DNA from: an uncultured Chlamydiae bacterium
Lineage (GTDB): Bacteria > Chlamydiota > Chlamydiia > Chlamydiales > Parachlamydiaceae
NCBI GenBank assembly: GCA_963830365.1
Contig: CAWHMU010000041.1
Span: forward strand, 43,335-107,334
Direction of reading: 5' to 3'
Length of the DNA: 64,000 nt
How positions within the stretch are numbered: position 1 is the first letter of the stretch; each line of letters starts with the position of its first letter. The position numbers were made by a program, and so were the translations under genes. The notes below the pieces were generated by a model. That model was given only the letters and a program-made list of their open reading frames with translations, was not told the origin of the DNA and searched no databases. Of the stretch, positions 1 to 11,732 are shown piece by piece.

Positions 1-276
1 ATAAAGCTTTGAAATATATTCACAATAAGGTTTATTAATCTACCTTCTCTGCCGCTACATAGGCCATGAGTTCTTTTGAGGTCTTGCAGATTGATCTCTT
101 TGTAGCCCGTGGCTAAGGCGTACGAGCGAAAGCGAAGACAGCCGCAACTGCGGGAAAACGAATAATTGCATTTAACTCCGTAGGAGTTCCTCTCTTTTTG
201 CTTTCTTGACCGAATAGGCGAGAATGGCCCAAAAAACGACTTAAAATATTCGATTGATAGTTATGGGTAACGACAA
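1..276 (-). mobile_element. Partial copy of ~480-bp MITE-like repeat (family A), cut by the window start
   Basis: Near reverse complement of 17219-17490 and 50022-50290; ends in GGGTAACGACAA; contains an empty IS110 target TTTGTAGCCCGTGG at 99-112. Confidence 0.9.
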
Positions 277-468
277 TCCTATATCCTTAAAGTTATGATA
301 CATGTTTAAGAGGCTATCTCGGGCCGTCTGATTAAAACTCTAGCAGGTTACCGCCGGTGTCGGCATCTATCGCGACGAATCCAACATCCAGATGAGCTGG
401 CAATGTTTTCTTAAGGCGCTTGGCGATAGCCTCGTCGCCGTTACAAAACAGGAAGATCGCAACCGCGC

Positions 469-927
469 TTAAGCTTTCTTAGCATGCTCAGAAAATGCAT
501 TTTTGAAGCTTTCTCCGGCAGACTTTGCTAAAAGGCTTAACCCATCAAGCGGATTAGGCCATTTTGTCGAGTCTAAATTATTATCTGCGTTAGCTAATCC
601 CACAAGGAGACCCAAGACTAATGCGGGTCCAATTAAAACAGCTGCAGCAAGAGATTTGAATAAACCGGCAAGAAAATGCCCAATTCCATTTCCGCTAGCT
701 TTGGCGGCACTTTTCAGCTCTGCCGTTTGTTCGCTGCCGGCTGTCTTTGTTGTACTAAAGCTGTCCCCTGCAGCCTTATTCAACCCGGCTGGAATGCTAG
801 GTTTACCGATGTCCCCCGCTCTGGTGGATGGGTCAGCTTGTGGCTTTGGACGCACTGTAATAAAACATGGCGTACCATCGGCAAACACTTTATAATTCCC
901 ACCTCCGGCCCCTTGTATACCATCCAT
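469..927 (-). CDS. Small hypothetical protein with one long hydrophobic stretch; Inc-like or secreted candidate
   Basis: 152 aa; G/S/A-rich N-terminus; hydrophobic segment IGHFLAGLFKSLAAAVLIGPALVLGLLVGLA; AGGAG RBS; directly downstream of the TPR gene. Confidence 0.55.
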   Translation of the reverse strand: MDGIQGAGGGNYKVFADGTPCFITVRPKPQADPSTRAGDIGKPSIPAGLNKAAGDSFSTTKTAGSEQTAELKSAAKASGNGIGHFLAGLFKSLAAAVLIGPALVLGLLVGLANADNNLDSTKWPNPLDGLSLLAKSAGESFKNAFSEHAKKA

Positions 928-945
928 AACTCCTCCTTAATGCTC

Positions 946-1641
946 TTAGGCAGCATTTAATTGTTCTTCAATCACAGCCAGCCTTGCTTTCAGATCTTCA
1001 TCACTGTCATAAAGCAAGGGGTCAATGGCTTTGAATATTTCATAAGATTTCTTTGCCGCGTCGGGATAGTTGAGAAGGATCAGGCAGCCGATGATATTCA
1101 CCTGTGCCATCAGATTTTCTGGCTCTATGGACAGGGCGACGTTATATGATTTGAGAGCTTCTTCATTTTTTCCAAGATTTTGTTCTGTGATACCCTTTAA
1201 GAGCCACATATTGGCATTTTTTGGATTAGTGACCGCCAGGAATGAAAAATATAAGAAAGCTTTCAGATAATCGTTTTGATTAAACCAGTTTATGCCCGTT
1301 TGGAAAATTAGACTGTTTTCATCGTTGGTAAACATGTTTGAGGTATTGTGTTCGTTTACATTATTTAACAATCCCGTAACATGGACGTTGGCTTTTTCAA
1401 ATAAATCTTTGTGATCCATTGCAAATTGACGTCCAAAATCCTGAATGAATTCAAATTGGGAATCTAGTTCTTTTTGAAATCCGGAGAAGAACTGGTCTTT
1501 GCATTCTTTGTTGATCAGCGAGAAATTCGCAGCCCCTTGGGGCGATAAATTTATTCTTTTGCAAACAGCTTCATCGATCTGTTCCTGAACTGTCTTGAAT
1601 GCATTTAGTTCCATCTCTGATAATTCCGGCTTTTTATCCAT
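946..1641 (-). CDS. TPR protein resembling SycD/LcrH class II type III secretion chaperones
   Basis: 231 aa; three TPR-like units (FNQNDYLKAFLYFSFL..., NMWLLKGITEQNLGKNEEALKSY...). Confidence 0.6.
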   Translation of the reverse strand: MDKKPELSEMELNAFKTVQEQIDEAVCKRINLSPQGAANFSLINKECKDQFFSGFQKELDSQFEFIQDFGRQFAMDHKDLFEKANVHVTGLLNNVNEHNTSNMFTNDENSLIFQTGINWFNQNDYLKAFLYFSFLAVTNPKNANMWLLKGITEQNLGKNEEALKSYNVALSIEPENLMAQVNIIGCLILLNYPDAAKKSYEIFKAIDPLLYDSDEDLKARLAVIEEQLNAA

Positions 1642-2055
1642 TTTGCACCTCTAATATTTTAATTCGCTGTGCTAGACATTTAAGCTAATGCGTCATGTTG
1701 AACTGAATGACGTTTCCCAATTCTGGATTTACTTCGATAACGCACTCATAATTTAATTTACTTGCCGATACGATGTATCTAATTTAATAATAACATTTAA
1801 TTTAAATTTAACAATAGTAGTATATTGTTTTTTTTGTTGGTTTATTGTTTATGTGCTTTCTCTAACGACTAAACCTCCGAAACCATCTGCTCTATCTGCT
1901 CCTTCTGGGGCTACCCCGTTTGGTCTGAAGTGCCGGCTTAGCCTATGCCAAAAAAATTTATGCTTTTGATTTTTCTTATTTTTGTGTTACCTTGTTAAGA
2001 TTCAAGAGCCTTTAGCATACATTTTGAAAAAAACGCCATAACCACATAGAGCATA

Positions 2056-4571
2056 ATGGACAAACGTACCCTCTTTTTTGTGTTAGCACTGACGCTATCC
2101 CTTTACGGTGTAAATATCTTTTTCGACCAGCGCAATACGGAGAGCCTGCGCCAGTGGAAGCAGGAACAAACCGCCAAAAGCGAAGAAAAGCTTAAAAAGT
2201 TAAGCAAAGAGGTGGAATTGCGCACCGTCAAAGCCAGCGCTTTGCCGGCCGTTGTGCTGTATGGCGATGCCGAAGGCACGCACCCCCTAGCCGATGCTGT
2301 GCAAACAGACAAGGCCATACTTGTGTTGGCATGGAGCCACGAGCTGCCCAAAACTGTCTATGCCAAAGCCCTGGATAGCCAGGATAAAGCCGTCGCTTAT
2401 GTACTGGCTTCAGTAAATGCGCAGGTGGGAACCCCGGCTATTTACCGTCAAAATGCCACCGCTACCCTGCGCATCGGCGAACTGCCTGAGGTTGGCAAAT
2501 ATGATTTGCAATTACTTGTTATGCCCCAGCCAGGCGATATCCTTTCCCCGACGGTATATCTCGGCGAATACATGGATGGACATCTGGAAATTCCTGCCGA
2601 TAAAATCAGCGCCCTGCAAAACGAGATAAAAGGGGAGTCTGCCGCCACCGCCTACTTTAACGGCGAAGCCATCGTACTTATTAAAACCCTGGAAGGCTAC
2701 CTACCGGTCGCCGTCTATCGCAGCGAAAACAAATCCTTAGAACCGTTGGATGTTTTGCCAGGCCTGTCCAAATTAGTCAGTAAGTCTCAGCAGAAGACGG
2801 CAGTGGCGACCAATCAAAAGGGCGTCGAGAAATTCTATGTGCTGGAAACTCCCTATCAGCAGCTGGTCTTCTCAAACTATGGTGCCGCGTTGGCCGAGAT
2901 TAATCTGCCTTTCCATAGCAAAGAAGATCAATTCAGCGTCGTCAAGGAAATCGAATTCGATCGCGACATGGTGGAGCACCATCCCTACAATGCACATTTC
3001 CCGGCCCACGCCTACTTCACTGCCGGAGATAATGCCAAAGAAAACTTTGTCGTCAATCCCAAGGGACAATTGGGCGGTTACTATCCGTTGCTGCGCCGCG
3101 ACCTCATCGAAAAAGACAAGCGCAAGTCCGTACGCATTCTGCCGCGCTATTATGCCCTAAATATCGTTTCTGAATATCCCGAAACAGCCGAACTGATCTA
3201 TGAAGTAAAAAGCTTCACCAAAGATACCATCGTTTTTGAAGCCGTACAAGCCCATCGCCGCATCACCAAGACCTTCTCGGTGGCAAGCGAAGCCCAGGCT
3301 CCCTATTGCATCGATCTCACCATCGCCATCGAAGGCGATAGCCGCGGGCTGTGGGTAACTTCCGGCGTGCCGGAGGTGGAATGGATTTCCGGCGCCCCTG
3401 CGCCGGCCCTGAAATATAGAATCACGCGCAACCAAAAGTCTGAAGTCGAAGTCATCGATCCGCCTAAAGATTCACTGACGGTAAGCTCGACAATCTCGAC
3501 TGGGTATGCACATCAAACGGCTTTTTAGGCGTGATCCTGGATCCTTTGAGTGAAAGCGATGGCGGCTATCGCGCCCAGCATATAGCAGGCACGGTGGTGC
3601 CTTCACGCCTAGTCGAGATCGGCCAGGAATACAAACGTTTTGAAGCCGAAGCCATGCCTGGATATATGCTGATGCTGCCATTGAAAAGCAGCGGCGGCAG
3701 CATGCGTTTTCGCGTATTTGCCGGGCCTTTTGCCGATGGGGTCCTTAAGACCGTTGATAAGGTCTATTCAAATCCCGCCACAGGCTATAATCCCGATTAT
3801 ATTGCCTGCCAGAGTTTTCATGGCTGGTTTGCCTTCATCTCTGAGCCGTTTGCCAAATTCCTGTTTGTGCTGATGAATTTCTTCCACGCCGTGACAGGCT
3901 CTTGGGCACTGTCCATCGTGCTGCTGACGGTGGCCCTGCGCGTCATGCTGTATCCTCTCAACGCCTGGTCTACCAAGTCTATGGTACGCATGCAGCAGAT
4001 CGCGCCTGAAGTGACAGCTATCCAGGAAAGGCACAAAAAGGATCCGAAAAAGGCGCAGCTGGAGATCATGAATCTCTACCGAGAAAAGGGCGTCAACCCC
4101 GTATCGGGTTGTTTTCCGCTGCTGATACAGATGCCGTTTTTGATCGGCATGTTCGATCTGCTTAAATCCACTTTTGAGCTGCGCGGCGCAAGCTTCATCC
4201 CGGGATGGATTGACAATTTGACATCTCCCGACGTGTTGTTCAGCTGGAGCCGGCCGTTGCCGCTCATCGGCAACCAGTTTCACCTGTTGCCGGTACTGCT
4301 GGGTATTGTCATGCTGTTGCAGCAGCGCTTTATGTCGACCGCCCCTACCGATCCTGCGCTCATGACAGAGCAGCAGCGCCAGCAGAAGTTTATGGGCAAT
4401 ATCATGGCTGTCGTCTTCGCGGTCATGTTTTACAGCTTCCCATCGGGCCTAAATATCTACTGGCTATCATCAATGCTGCTGGGGATCTTGCAGCAGTGGT
4501 GGACGGCCAGAAGCCTGAAAATTGTCAAAGTGGCTAGTGCGCCGATTGTCGTGAAGACCACTAAAAAGTAG
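2056..4571 (+). CDS. yidC: Membrane protein insertase YidC (long chlamydial type), split by one frameshift near 3495
   Basis: N-terminal MDKRTLFFV TM segment; C-terminal YidC/Oxa1 core (GCFPLLIQMP, WIDNLTSPD, PSGLNIYW); the alternate frame reads DWVCTSNGFLGVILDPL across the break. Confidence 0.93.
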
Positions 4572-4649
4572 GGAGATAGTTATCTCAGGTTGCTGAGCTC
4601 GCAAGCAGAGCTCAGCAACAAACGGCCATAGTGACTTAGAGGTTAGCAG

Positions 4650-6038
4650 ATGCATGCCTGGGAAAATTTCGTTAAGGCTCAAGAAGCAGAATTAGGGGGC
4701 GAGACCGTCCAAAAGTGGTTAAAGACCATTACCGTGGTGCGCTTTGATGCCTGCAATCTATATTTGGAGGCCAAAGACACATTTCAGGCGATGTGGTTTG
4801 AAGAGCATATCCGCCAAAAAGTGCAGACGAAATTAGTCAATAACAACAATAAGCGCATTAAAGTCCATCTGGCAGTGGCCAATGTGCCTGCCAAGGCCAA
4901 AACGCGCACCACGAAAGCAAAACAGCCGGCCGAGGCTGTCCGCGCCTCGATTTCCCTGGCTTTCGATGAATTGGATCCTCAATGCACATTTGACAGCTTT
5001 GTTACTTCGCCGGCCAATCAGCTGACCTATAAGGTTTTCAGTCAGATTGCCGGTGTCGCCCCGCCGGATCAAAAAATCGATGTAGCCTTGGCGGCGCTGA
5101 ATCCGGTGTATGTGCATGGGGGTTCAGGTTCCGGCAAAACACATCTGCTGATGGCCACCGCCAATGCGCTGCGCCAACAGGGCTATCATGTGCTTTACTC
5201 CCGGGCGCACACCTTTACGGATCATGTAGTCGCGGCGATCAGGGCCGGGGAGATGAGCGTCTTCCGGCAGGCGTACCGCAATAGCGATGTGCTGATTATC
5301 GATGATGTGCATGTGTTTTCGCGCAAAGGGGCCACCCAGGAAGAGTTTTTTCATACGTTTAACACGTTGCATGTCGCCGGCAAGCAGATTATTCTAAGCG
5401 CTAACTGCGCCCCAGGAGAACTGCAGCTGATCGAGCCGCGCCTGGTCAGCCGCTTTGAATGGGGGATCGTACTGCAGCTGGAGACGGCCTCGCGCGAAGA
5501 ATCATCTCAAATTCTGACAGCCAAAGCCACCGCCATGCAGTTTCCGCTGCATCCGAAGGTGCTCGAATTCCTGCTGGATTCTTTTTCCTCTACTAAGGCC
5601 CTAAGCAAAGCCTTTGATGCGCTCGTTCTGCGCTCACATATGAATCAAGGCGGCGGAAAATTCTCGCCGGCGCACCTCACGCTGCCGATGGCTACCCAGC
5701 TGCTCGGCGATTTGCTGGCCGAAGAGCAGCGGGCGGCTTTAACCCCTGCCAGGATCATCGGGGGGGTGGCGGAGTTTTTTGGCATCCGTCCTGAGGATGT
5801 TGTCGGTAAGGCTCAAACGCGCGACTGCGTTTTGCCACGCCAAATCTCGATGCACCTGTGCCGTTTCCAGCTGAATTTGCCCTACGTGAAAATCGGCGAT
5901 CTTTTTGGCAAAGACCATTCGACGGTGATGTCGAGCGTAAAACTCATCCAAAGAGCGATTGAAGGTGATGATCCGGAGATTGCCGCTCCCTATCGCGTCA
6001 TTTTAAAAAAGATCAAAGAGCCGACAAATAACAGCTAA
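4650..6038 (+). CDS. dnaA: Chromosomal replication initiator DnaA (the yidC-linked chlamydial paralogue)
   Basis: NPVYVHGGSGSGKTHL Walker A, LIIDDVH, QEEFFHTFN, RLVSRFEWG, KDHSTV in domain IV. Confidence 0.96.
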   Translation: MHAWENFVKAQEAELGGETVQKWLKTITVVRFDACNLYLEAKDTFQAMWFEEHIRQKVQTKLVNNNNKRIKVHLAVANVPAKAKTRTTKAKQPAEAVRASISLAFDELDPQCTFDSFVTSPANQLTYKVFSQIAGVAPPDQKIDVALAALNPVYVHGGSGSGKTHLLMATANALRQQGYHVLYSRAHTFTDHVVAAIRAGEMSVFRQAYRNSDVLIIDDVHVFSRKGATQEEFFHTFNTLHVAGKQIILSANCAPGELQLIEPRLVSRFEWGIVLQLETASREESSQILTAKATAMQFPLHPKVLEFLLDSFSSTKALSKAFDALVLRSHMNQGGGKFSPAHLTLPMATQLLGDLLAEEQRAALTPARIIGGVAEFFGIRPEDVVGKAQTRDCVLPRQISMHLCRFQLNLPYVKIGDLFGKDHSTVMSSVKLIQRAIEGDDPEIAAPYRVILKKIKEPTNNS

Positions 6039-6086
6039 AGGTCTAATTTCAACACAAGCAAATAGCCAAGAGGCTAAAAGATGGCA

Positions 6087-6225
6087 ATTCACCACAGAGA
6101 CACCGAGACACAGAGAAGCAAGCAGCAATAAAAAGCTAAGCTTTCATTTCCTTTGCTGTATCCTGTCTATCCTATCATCTTGTTATATTGCAGCTTCTCT
6201 TTGTCTCGGTGCCTCTGTGGTGAAT
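6087..6225. repeat. Inverted-repeat REP-like element (family D, CACAGAG type)
   Basis: ATTCACCACAGAGACACCGAGACACAGAGAAG ... CTTCTCTTTGTCTCGGTGCCTCTGTGGTGAAT arms. Confidence 0.8.
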
Positions 6226-6352
6226 CGTCTACACTTTCTTTCATAACGTCCCACTCAGCATCACTTCGAAATCTCAGATCATGAAGCTATCCTTGAACAA
6301 AATGCGCGATGATCATATTATCCTATGAAACGGCAGTTAGGAGTCCGGTAAT

Positions 6353-8391
6353 ATGATTGAAACACGCACTTTAGGCGACTACACCTTGATCAAACAAGTG
6401 GGTCAAGGTTCGCTGGGATCGGTATTCCTGGCCGAACATCGCTTCATGAAACGGCAATACGTGCTTAAAATCCTTCCCGAAGAGCTTGCTGCCGATCGAA
6501 GCTTCACCCAGCGTTTCGAAGATGAAGTCGGCATGCTGGCGACGCTTGAACATCCCCACATTGTGAAAATGCATACGGTTTCGTTTGCACAAGGGCAATA
6601 TTTCCTCGTGACCGATTGTGTGGTCGATGAATTCGGCGAAACCACGAACCTGGCTCAATACATGCTCTCAAGAGGCAAGCGTTTTGATGAAGAGACGCTT
6701 TTCCGCCTGCTGCGCCAAATTGCCGAGGCTTTGGATTATGCCCACGCCAAGAAAGGCAATAGCAAAGGGATTGTCCACCGCAATCTAAAGCTCAATAATA
6801 TCCTGGTTGCCAAAGGGAGGGATGCATCGATCTGATGATTTCAGATTTCGGTCTTTCCCGCATCATCGGCACAGGGGCTGTGCTTACGCGCACCTACAAA
6901 ACTGTCGCCGAAGCTCTCGGCATCGCCGGCGCCCTCTATGGGGCAAAGACAGGGCAGGAACGCTATCCACATCCACCGATCGAGACACAAAAGCTCATCC
7001 CGCTACATGCTTCCTTTCTGCAAAACTACGCCTTCCTTGCCCCCGAACAGCGCCGCCTTGACCATGCCGTGCCTGTCGATGTCAAAGCCGATGTCTATGC
7101 CTTCGGCGTACTGGTCTATTATCTGCTGATGGGCGATTTTCCAGAAGGCTACTTCGATCTGCCATCGACAAATATTCAAGAGGGGAGTTGGGATTGGGAT
7201 CCGCTGATAAAGGCCTGCCTGCATACCGATCCTGCCAAGCGTCCCGAAAGCCTTGTGCTGTTGCTTGATAATGTGCGCCAGCATGCCAAAGGACTAGCGG
7301 CTAAAGAAGTCCAGCCGGAACAAATTGTCGCAGAAGAGATTGCGCCTGTCGCCATGCCTGTCGCCATACCTGTGCCCGACCTTTTTGATGCGCTGGAGAT
7401 ACCTTTGACCGAACAGCTCGTTGAACAGGTGATGTCGCCATCGCAAATAGAACCTGCCCATTTGTGTGCCGTCGAAACAAATGCTAAAATGGAAGTTTTG
7501 CAGGCCAGTAATTTTACACAAAGCCCGCCACATGCACCTTTAAAGCCTATCATACGCACCACCCAGCTAGAACGTCCGATGACAGATCCCGATCCTGCCT
7601 CGGCCTTTCTGATCGACACCACCGTGAAGCACTATACGCCGGAACGCAAAGAGGACAAAAATATTCAGCCGCTGCTGACAGATATGGTCGTGATTCCGGG
7701 TGGCAATTTCCACCGCGGCAGCAAAGACGGCAACCGCGACGAGATGCCGCGCCATCAAATCACCCTGTCCAGCTTCGCTATCGATATCCATCCGATCACA
7801 AATGAGCAATTCGTGCGTTTCCTCGAGGTGATGGGGGGGGAGAAAGACAACAACCACCAGGATATCATCCGGATGCGCGATTCGCGCATCAAACGCAGCG
7901 GCGGCAGGCTGAGCATCGAGTCGGGATATACCAAGCATCCTGTCGTCGGCGTCACCTGGTATGGGGCCATCGCCTATGCCAAATGGATCGGCAAGCGTTT
8001 GCCTACTGAGGCCGAATGGGAAGTGGCCGCGCGCGGCGGAATGGAAAACGTTCTGTATGCCACCGGCGAAGATATTGAAAAAACGCAGGCCAACTTCTTC
8101 AGTTTCGATACCACTGCCGTCATGAGCTATGCCCCAAATGACTATGAGCTGTATGATATGGCGGGAAATGTGTACGAATGGTGCTACGATTGGTATGGAT
8201 ACAACTACTACGAAGTGTCCGTGCAAGAGCCTGAAAATCCCAAAGGTCCTTTACAGGGGGTCTACCGCGTGCTGCGCGGCGGCTGTTGGAAGAGCCTGAA
8301 GGAAGATCTGCGCTGCTCCCGCCGCCACCGCAATAATCCAGGCACGGTCAACGGCACCTATGGTTTCCGCTGCGCCGCCGATGTCCAATAG
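6353..8391 (+). CDS. pkn1: Ser/Thr kinase-domain plus FGE-sulfatase (SUMF1) domain protein, Pkn1 type; frameshift near 6825
   Basis: GQGSLGSV, YVLK, HRNLKLNN, DFG, FLAPE, DVYAFG; C-terminal RLPTEAEWE, LYDMAGNVYEW, RVLRGGCW, GFRC. Confidence 0.88.
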
Positions 8392-8401
8392 GGAGGATGC
8401 C

Positions 8402-8887
8402 ATGATCTCTGTCCTTTTTGTTTGCCTCGGTAATATATGCCGCTCACCAGCCGCCGAAGGTGTGCTGCGCCATCTCGTCGAGAAGGATTTGCCGGGCACG
8501 GGTATCCATATCGAAAGCTGCGGCCTTGGCGATTGGCATAAAGGCAGTTTGCCCGATGAGCGCATGCGCCAAGCAGCCCAAAATAGGGGTTTTACACTGG
8601 TCAGCCGCGCCCAGAAAATCCATCCCTCATTTTTTGATCGTTTCGATCTGATCCTAGTCGCTGATCTTAAGGTGTTAAATGATTTGTATCACTATGCCGT
8701 AACGCCGGCCTATAAGGCCAAACTGCATCTCATCACACACTATAGCCCTAGTTACCGCGATCAGGAAATCCCCGATCCCTACTACGAAGGCGAAGCCGCC
8801 TTTGAACATGTGTTGAATATGGTCGAAGACTCCTGCCAAGGCCTGCTCGACCATCTCAAAAACGTCCCGCGTCAAGCAAGACTATGA
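8402..8887 (+). CDS. Low-molecular-weight protein tyrosine phosphatase
   Basis: VLFVCLGNICRSP P-loop and IPDPYY; GGAGG RBS before ATG 8402. Confidence 0.95.
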   Translation: MISVLFVCLGNICRSPAAEGVLRHLVEKDLPGTGIHIESCGLGDWHKGSLPDERMRQAAQNRGFTLVSRAQKIHPSFFDRFDLILVADLKVLNDLYHYAVTPAYKAKLHLITHYSPSYRDQEIPDPYYEGEAAFEHVLNMVEDSCQGLLDHLKNVPRQARL

Positions 8888-8919
8888 AAACTCATCAGGC
8901 GTATTTTTGCAACTCCCTA

Positions 8920-9225
8920 TATCGAGACAATTGCATAAGTGACAATAAAATATTTATAACATGAATTTATTGCCTTTTCCCTAAAAAAACACGGATTTTT
9001 GGGAAAGGTTCAAAAGCAGGTAATACTCAAAAAATACTAAGACGTTTCATGGCCATTCTACAATCTTGTTTTTTCGTTAGTGTAACCGACATTTCTCTTT
9101 TTTTAAACCATGCCGATTTTTGAGTATTTTGAGCGTTCTAGGATAGATTCTTTTCGATCCCGGATATGATTGGCTTCCAAAGAATCGCTGTATAACACGC
9201 AAAACACTTCTGCAATTGCCTCTAT
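8920..9225. repeat. ~300-bp non-coding element with imperfect ~21-bp terminal inverted repeats (MITE-like)
   Basis: ATCGAGACAATTGCATAAGTG vs CACTTCTGCAATTGCCTCTAT; internal AATACTCAAAAA / TTTTTGAGTATT pair. Confidence 0.5.
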
Positions 9226-9460
9226 CGAGGCTAACAAGACTTTCTGTGCTAGAAGTCCGATTTGTTCAAAGAGAATCTTACAAACATATTGTTAATTCAC
9301 GTTTTTCAACCAGCCATTATTAAGTCTTTTTGACGAATCCTCTGGGACTGGTAAGCGATATTGCGAAGAACCAAAATCTGTTGTTTTTTCCGCTACAAAT
9401 AGTTATACTATAACTATATGAATAAATTAATATCGAACTAATTTTAATCTGGTTTTTTTT

Positions 9461-10696
9461 ATGTGTCAGCCTGTCAATAATAATTTCAGCAGACTAATAC
9501 ACGGAAATGGCGATAATTCCTATAATCCCAATAATGATGCAAAAAGTAATGAGGCAAAAAGTTCTGAAGTCAGCAACCTGATAGCTGAATGTTTACCCGA
9601 TGACCAACCCCGTTCCTCTGCTGGGATGGGCTTGGTGGATCGGCTTTCCCCAAACCTGGCGGGGAGACAGCAAGCAACAGCACAAGCTGTTCAAGGGATT
9701 TACAATAATGTTGTTTCGCCAGCCGAAACAAAGAGTTCCGCTGTATCCGCTGAATATGAGCAGTGGCCGTTTGATAAAATCCTTGATAAGCGCTCTACGC
9801 TGATGTTTTTATCTAATCCCGCAGATAGGGTTGGTTTTGAAAGAGAGCTTTTTCAAAAATATCAGCATAAAGAGATTTGTTGTGTATCGAGTATTTTAGA
9901 ATTCGAAGACCAACTTACAATCGCTTATGTCGATCAAGGTGCAATAAAATCCGAAGATGGCCCGATAAGAAATATATTAAATAATGGAGGCATCCTCGTC
10001 CTTGATTTTGAGAACTTCCCAGGGGCAATCGAACATCTTAACTCTCTTTTTGACACCCCTCCACTCTATAACGGAGAGCTACTGCACAAAGATGTCAAGA
10101 TTATAGGCCTAATCGGAAACAGAGGGATGACAAATAAGCGCTATACTTCGGCCTTCATTTCGCGCTGGGATCAAAAAATAGACCTTCTTTCCAAACAACA
10201 AGGCATGCAAAATAGTATAGCAAGGGTTAAAGATGGAGAGAACTTCCCTGTGGTTGATCTTTATGGCTCTCCCGACTTTGAGGAGGCCTTGATCGGAACC
10301 GTAAATTCTGAAGGCCGTGACCAATGGAGTTTTCAAGAAGGGGCTCTTATCCAGGCGATCAAGCGTGGAGAAACAGGACTGATTTTAAAAATTCCCCCTT
10401 ATGGCTCGGTCTCTTTCGAACGCCTGCTTTGTACAATCCAAGCTACAGGCAAGGTGCATGCCAATGGTAAAAGCATCGATATTCCTAAGGGGTTTTCATT
10501 TCGGCGCGCGGAAGGGTATACAGACAAAGAGCTGTCCGCTGCCCTTCAAAAAACAAAGCTGCATGTTGTTTCTCAACCGGAAGTGCCTGGTTTCGAGTCA
10601 GAAGAAAAAGATGCCGAAAAACGTTTTGGAAAAAGGCTAATTGTCAATGCTTCAACCTTTAAAAAAAGGTGTCAGGCTTGGCATTTGGAGATTTGA
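9461..10696 (+). pseudogene. Probably truncated large protein with midasin/dynein-like AAA-related segments and an S/N-rich N-terminus
   Basis: LNSLFD, FISRW and FQEGALIQAIKRG segments recall midasin-type AAA modules; the reading frame runs into the palindrome at 10661 and stops inside it. Confidence 0.4.
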
Positions 10697-10764
10697 CACT
10701 TAAACACCTTGCTTTCAATATTCTAAAAATTAAATCTCCAAATGGTAAGCCTGACACCTTTTTT
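10661..10764. repeat. Palindromic element (family E, GGTGTCAGGCTT type)
   Basis: AAAAAAGGTGTCAGGCTT ... AAGCCTGACACCTTTTTT with inner CATTTGGAGATTT / AAATCTCCAAATG. Confidence 0.8.
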
Positions 10765-10781
10765 GCATCTACCAGCACCTT

Positions 10782-11732
10782 TTACCATTCAAGATTTGAT
10801 GTTTTTTGCTGACCTTCAGCTTCTCTGTCCATTTGTTTTGCGATGAAACCGGAAACAGCAGTATAGGCATCGGCTTGCATGACAGGATTCCGGATGAACA
10901 GAGTATGAAGGAGCTCGCCTTCTTTAAGAAGTTTATGATGGATTTTTGCTGCTAGTATGTTACGGCTCAGAGAAATTCCTCTATCATCTTTTATGAATTG
11001 TTCTAGTGACATTTCTTCTTCCAAACCCCGTATGAGAATGGCGCTTTGCAAGACAGTGGTGGCGTAATCCATGCAGTAATAAGATTCTCGAGCATCTCCT
11101 TTCCGATTGAGAAACTGTTTTCCCATGAGCAAATCAGCAACAGCGTGTGCGATTCTTTTATCGTCCTTTGGTGGGGTTGGGCGGAGTCGAGGTTTTTTTA
11201 ACCAATGTGTACATATCTTCCAGGTCGATATTTTTACAAGTTGCTTATCGGTAGCTTCGAACGGAGCACGATGCTTTTCAGGGATATATGCTGTTTGCAG
11301 TCCGTATTTAGCGATCAATGACCGTAATCTGTCATCACTAGGCACATAGACGACCAAGCTAGTCACATCATTACCGGCATAGTTAAGATAATTCACTCGC
11401 TTTGTCCTTATACCACGCGCTGCTACGTGAGCGATGATGAGTTCGTCCTCTTTTTCAGTCTCTTGCGGTTTGGCTTTTCTTATCACAAGCATACCGTGGT
11501 TGTAGTCGGTTTGTATATGGATCTTGAAAAATACGTTTAGCAAATATTGCAGGCATGCATACACTCTATGTATAAGAGTCTTATGTTGATGATCTCTCGT
11601 GATGGCGAAAGTACCTGAGTACGAAATATTAGAATCTAAATGTCCATGGTATGGAAACTCATATCTAGTGAATCGGACTTCACCTGTTGAAAATGACATA
11701 AAAGATCCTGGTAATAAAGTTATGGACGTCAA
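10782..11732 (-). CDS. Hypothetical protein, possibly a permuted papain-like NlpC/P60 (YiiX/YebB-like) enzyme
   Basis: His motif YNHGMLV and IAHV precede Cys motif YYCMDY, the permuted His-before-Cys order. Confidence 0.45.
   Translation of the reverse strand: MTSITLLPGSFMSFSTGEVRFTRYEFPYHGHLDSNISYSGTFAITRDHQHKTLIHRVYACLQYLLNVFFKIHIQTDYNHGMLVIRKAKPQETEKEDELIIAHVAARGIRTKRVNYLNYAGNDVTSLVVYVPSDDRLRSLIAKYGLQTAYIPEKHRAPFEATDKQLVKISTWKICTHWLKKPRLRPTPPKDDKRIAHAVADLLMGKQFLNRKGDARESYYCMDYATTVLQSAILIRGLEEEMSLEQFIKDDRGISLSRNILAAKIHHKLLKEGELLHTLFIRNPVMQADAYTAVSGFIAKQMDREAEGQQKTSNLEW

Noticed and set aside
326..468. Minus-strand protein-like remnant downstream of ORF 469-927
   Set aside because: No start codon, short, and no family recognised
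4572..6352. oriC next to dnaA
   Set aside because: No DnaA-box cluster seen; the spacers are short or filled with REP-like repeats
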